Below are positions 36,826 through 38,802 of a DNA stretch of 38,802 nt, piece after piece (positions within the stretch are counted from its first letter, which is position 1; every line of letters starts with the position of its first letter). Source of the DNA: Rhodospirillales bacterium. GTDB taxonomy: Bacteria; Pseudomonadota; Alphaproteobacteria; Rhodospirillales; JAPHTL01. The stretch spans positions 1-38,802 of the forward strand of contig JAPHTL010000075.1 of assembly GCA_026193355.1 (NCBI GenBank). The letters run 5' to 3'. Both the position numbers and the translations under genes were made by a program. The notes below the pieces were generated by a model. The model made no database searches, had not been told where the DNA came from, and saw only the letters and a program-made list of their open reading frames with translations.

Positions 36826-38802
36826 TCAAACGCCGCTGCCGTTCCCCTTTTGCGCGCCGCCGCTCAACAGGGGCGGCCGTTGGTGTTCCAGATCGGGTTC
36901 GCCGCAATGGCGCAGAAGCCATGTTCGCGCCGCATCGCGCAGCATGATCGCCGCCGTGAAATCGCTTCCTCCGCTTTCCGCCTTGATTGCCGCCGTGTCT
37001 ATGGGCTCGCCGATGATCACCCTGGCGGCGCCGTGCCGCGGAAACCACGTGTCGCCACGCAGGATTGAACGCGCCCCACGGATCGCGACGGGTATGACGG
37101 GAAGGTCTGCGGCGACGGCCGTATCGAAGGCCCCCATGCGGAACGGCAGCAGGCCGGGCATGCGCATGAATGTTCCTTCCGGGAAAAACAGCAGCCACCG
37201 TCCCCCGCGCCCGTGTTCGATCATGCGCCGGGAATCGGCCAACCCCTTGGCGGCGTCAAAGCGTTCGACAAATTCAATGTCCAGACGTTCAAGTCCGGTG
37301 CGAAGGAAGAAATTCCCGCGAAGTTCCGCCTTGGCGACGAAGGCGATGTCGCGGGGCAACGCTGCGGCCAGCAGAAGGCCGTCAAGGTAGCTTTGGTGGT
37401 TGGCGACGAAGACGGCCGGACGGTCAGGGGGCGGTAGTGTGTCTGCCCCATGGGTTGTCAGGGACAGGCCGCCGAGGCGGATAATGCCGCGCAGGATCCT
37501 GCGGATAGCCCGCCAGCGCAGGGATTGGCCGGGGAGAAGGACCAATGTGACCCACCCGATGACGGCGCCCAGTCCCAGCAATGCCCAGAGATACCCTGCA
37601 TAGGTGACCGCCGCCGCGTTGCGCAGGGTCGCGCGCGCCTGCGGGATGAGTCCCGACAACGAGAAGCGAACCACCTGAAGCCAGACGGCGCGCTTCGGTT
37701 TTCCGATGTCGCCGGTTTCGTAATAGGCGCGGCTGGCGGCGCGGCGGATCTTGCCGCTTGATGTTTTCAGAACCGAGTTCGGTGGGGCCAGCACCACTTC
37801 GTCGGGCGGTTCGCCCGTAAAGTCGGTGACGATGGCGTTGACCGCCAGGCGCTGTTTTTCCAGCGCCTCTTCGCCGCGCCGTCGTGTCTCGGCCAGAATG
37901 ACCAGCCGCTCGGTTCCGGTGTCCGGGTCGGGGCTGCCGAAGACAGCCACGTTGCCGTCGCGCACGCCGTCGACCTTGCCGATCGCCTGTTCCAGTTCCT
38001 CGGGGTAGATGTTGCGCCCGGCGCGGATGATGATGTCCTTGCTGCGTCCGGTTATGAAGACGTCGCCGCCGGCGATATAGGCCTTGTCGCCGGATTCCAG
38101 CCAGCCGTCGTGGAACAGTTCGCCGGTCTTTTCCGTGTTGCGGAAATACCCGCTGGTGGCGGATGGCCCACGAAACTGCAATCGGCCCTGACGGCGTTCC
38201 GGCAGTTCACGGCCGGCGTCATCGACGATGCGGATTTCATGCCCGGCAATGGGCTGACCCGATGCGATGAAGCGCAGCGCCGCTTCGTCACCTTCGTCCG
38301 CAGGTTCGGCGTGTCCCGTTTCCATCAGGGGTTTGCGTTTCACCCGGTCGATCAGCGGCCCGCGGTCGAGCGGCGGAAAGGCCAGCCCCACCGACGATTC
38401 CGCCAGCCCGTACATGGGCATCATGGTTTCGCGCCTGAAACCATAGGCCGAAAAGCGTTCGATGAACCGTTCGACGGTGACGGGCAGCACCTGTTCCGCG
38501 CCGTTCGACGCCATGCGCCAGCTGCTCAGATCAATGCCTTCGATGTCCTTGTCATCGATCCGGCGCAGACACAGTTCGTAGGCGAAGTTGGGGCCAGCCG
38601 ACAGCGTGCCGCGATAACGGTGTATGGCCCAAAGCCAGCGTTGCGGGCGGGCGATGAAGGACAGGGGCGACATGATGATCAGGGGGCAGGCGAAATAGAG
38701 GCTGCCCAGCCACGCGCCGATCAGGCCCATGTCGTGATAGAGCGGCAACCAGCTGACGAACACGTCCTCGGACGTGGCGTTGATGGTCGCCCCCATGGTG
38801 CG
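36826..38802 (-). CDS. Fatty-acyl-AMP-ligase-like adenylation domain fused via TM segment(s) to a PlsC-type acyltransferase. Partial: the N-terminus lies beyond the window end
   Basis: Track ORF 36826..38796 remains open to the window edge. N-terminal to C-terminal: an AMP-binding domain starting mid-way (VFVSWLPLYHDMGLIG, GWLESGDKAYIAGGDVFITGRSKDIIIRAGRNIYPEELE, LKTSSGKIRR); hydrophobic segments (AVTYAGYLWALLGLGAVIGWVTLVLL); then LPLAT motifs FVANHQSYLD (HX4D), FVAKAEL, FFPEGTF, IPVAIRG. Confidence 0.8.
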   Translation of the reverse strand, partial: RTMGATINATSEDVFVSWLPLYHDMGLIGAWLGSLYFACPLIIMSPLSFIARPQRWLWAIHRYRGTLSAGPNFAYELCLRRIDDKDIEGIDLSSWRMASNGAEQVLPVTVERFIERFSAYGFRRETMMPMYGLAESSVGLAFPPLDRGPLIDRVKRKPLMETGHAEPADEGDEAALRFIASGQPIAGHEIRIVDDAGRELPERRQGRLQFRGPSATSGYFRNTEKTGELFHDGWLESGDKAYIAGGDVFITGRSKDIIIRAGRNIYPEELEQAIGKVDGVRDGNVAVFGSPDPDTGTERLVILAETRRRGEEALEKQRLAVNAIVTDFTGEPPDEVVLAPPNSVLKTSSGKIRRAASRAYYETGDIGKPKRAVWLQVVRFSLSGLIPQARATLRNAAAVTYAGYLWALLGLGAVIGWVTLVLLPGQSLRWRAIRRILRGIIRLGGLSLTTHGADTLPPPDRPAVFVANHQSYLDGLLLAAALPRDIAFVAKAELRGNFFLRTGLERLDIEFVERFDAAKGLADSRRMIEHGRGGRWLLFFPEGTFMRMPGLLPFRMGAFDTAVAADLPVIPVAIRGARSILRGDTWFPRHGAARVIIGEPIDTAAIKAESGGSDFTAAIMLRDAARTWLLRHCGEPDLEHQRPPLLSGGAQKGNGSGV

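Overview
GC-rich chromosomal segment whose gene content and synteny look alphaproteobacterial (Rhodospirillales-like). I can support about 38 protein-coding genes. I see no rRNA, tRNA, CRISPR array, transposase, phage gene or defence-island signature. Left third (1-15 kb) is housekeeping: bolA, an RHH protein, DUF2889, a CBS-pair protein, a CorC/HlyC transporter, aroB-aroK, a secreted helical protein overlapping xerD, accA, secA, a parvulin PPIase, argJ and a NUDIX hydrolase. The middle (17.3-31 kb) is a carboxylic-acid uptake, activation and beta-oxidation block. It holds an enoyl-CoA hydratase; Liv-type ABC permeases and ATPases with an embedded acyl-CoA synthetase and a type-I binding protein; a strong terminator; then an AMACR-like family-III CoA-transferase/racemase, an acyl-CoA dehydrogenase, a thiolase and a FadB-type fusion. 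The right end holds an M23 peptidase, a tight four-gene minus-strand operon, an M50-CBS protease and a FAAL-TM-PlsC fusion that runs off the window. Most of the window is ordinary core genome. My best candidate for an undescribed system is that four-gene operon at 31963..35550: an omega-aminotransferase, a LigE-like etherase GST, a Nu-class YfcG-like GST and a short QueG/RdhA-like Fe-S protein. It looks like a glutathione-dependent bond-cleavage module in a non-lignin context. Secondary items are an AT-rich operator-like palindrome cluster before the beta-oxidation operon, a G9 homopolymer inside the M23 peptidase gene, and the reversed-order FAAL-acyltransferase fusion. Many long ORFs in the supplied track are antisense shadows or N-terminal over-extensions typical of high-GC DNA. 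The track also uses GTG/TTG starts printed as M. All family assignments come from reading the translations against remembered family motifs; no search was run.
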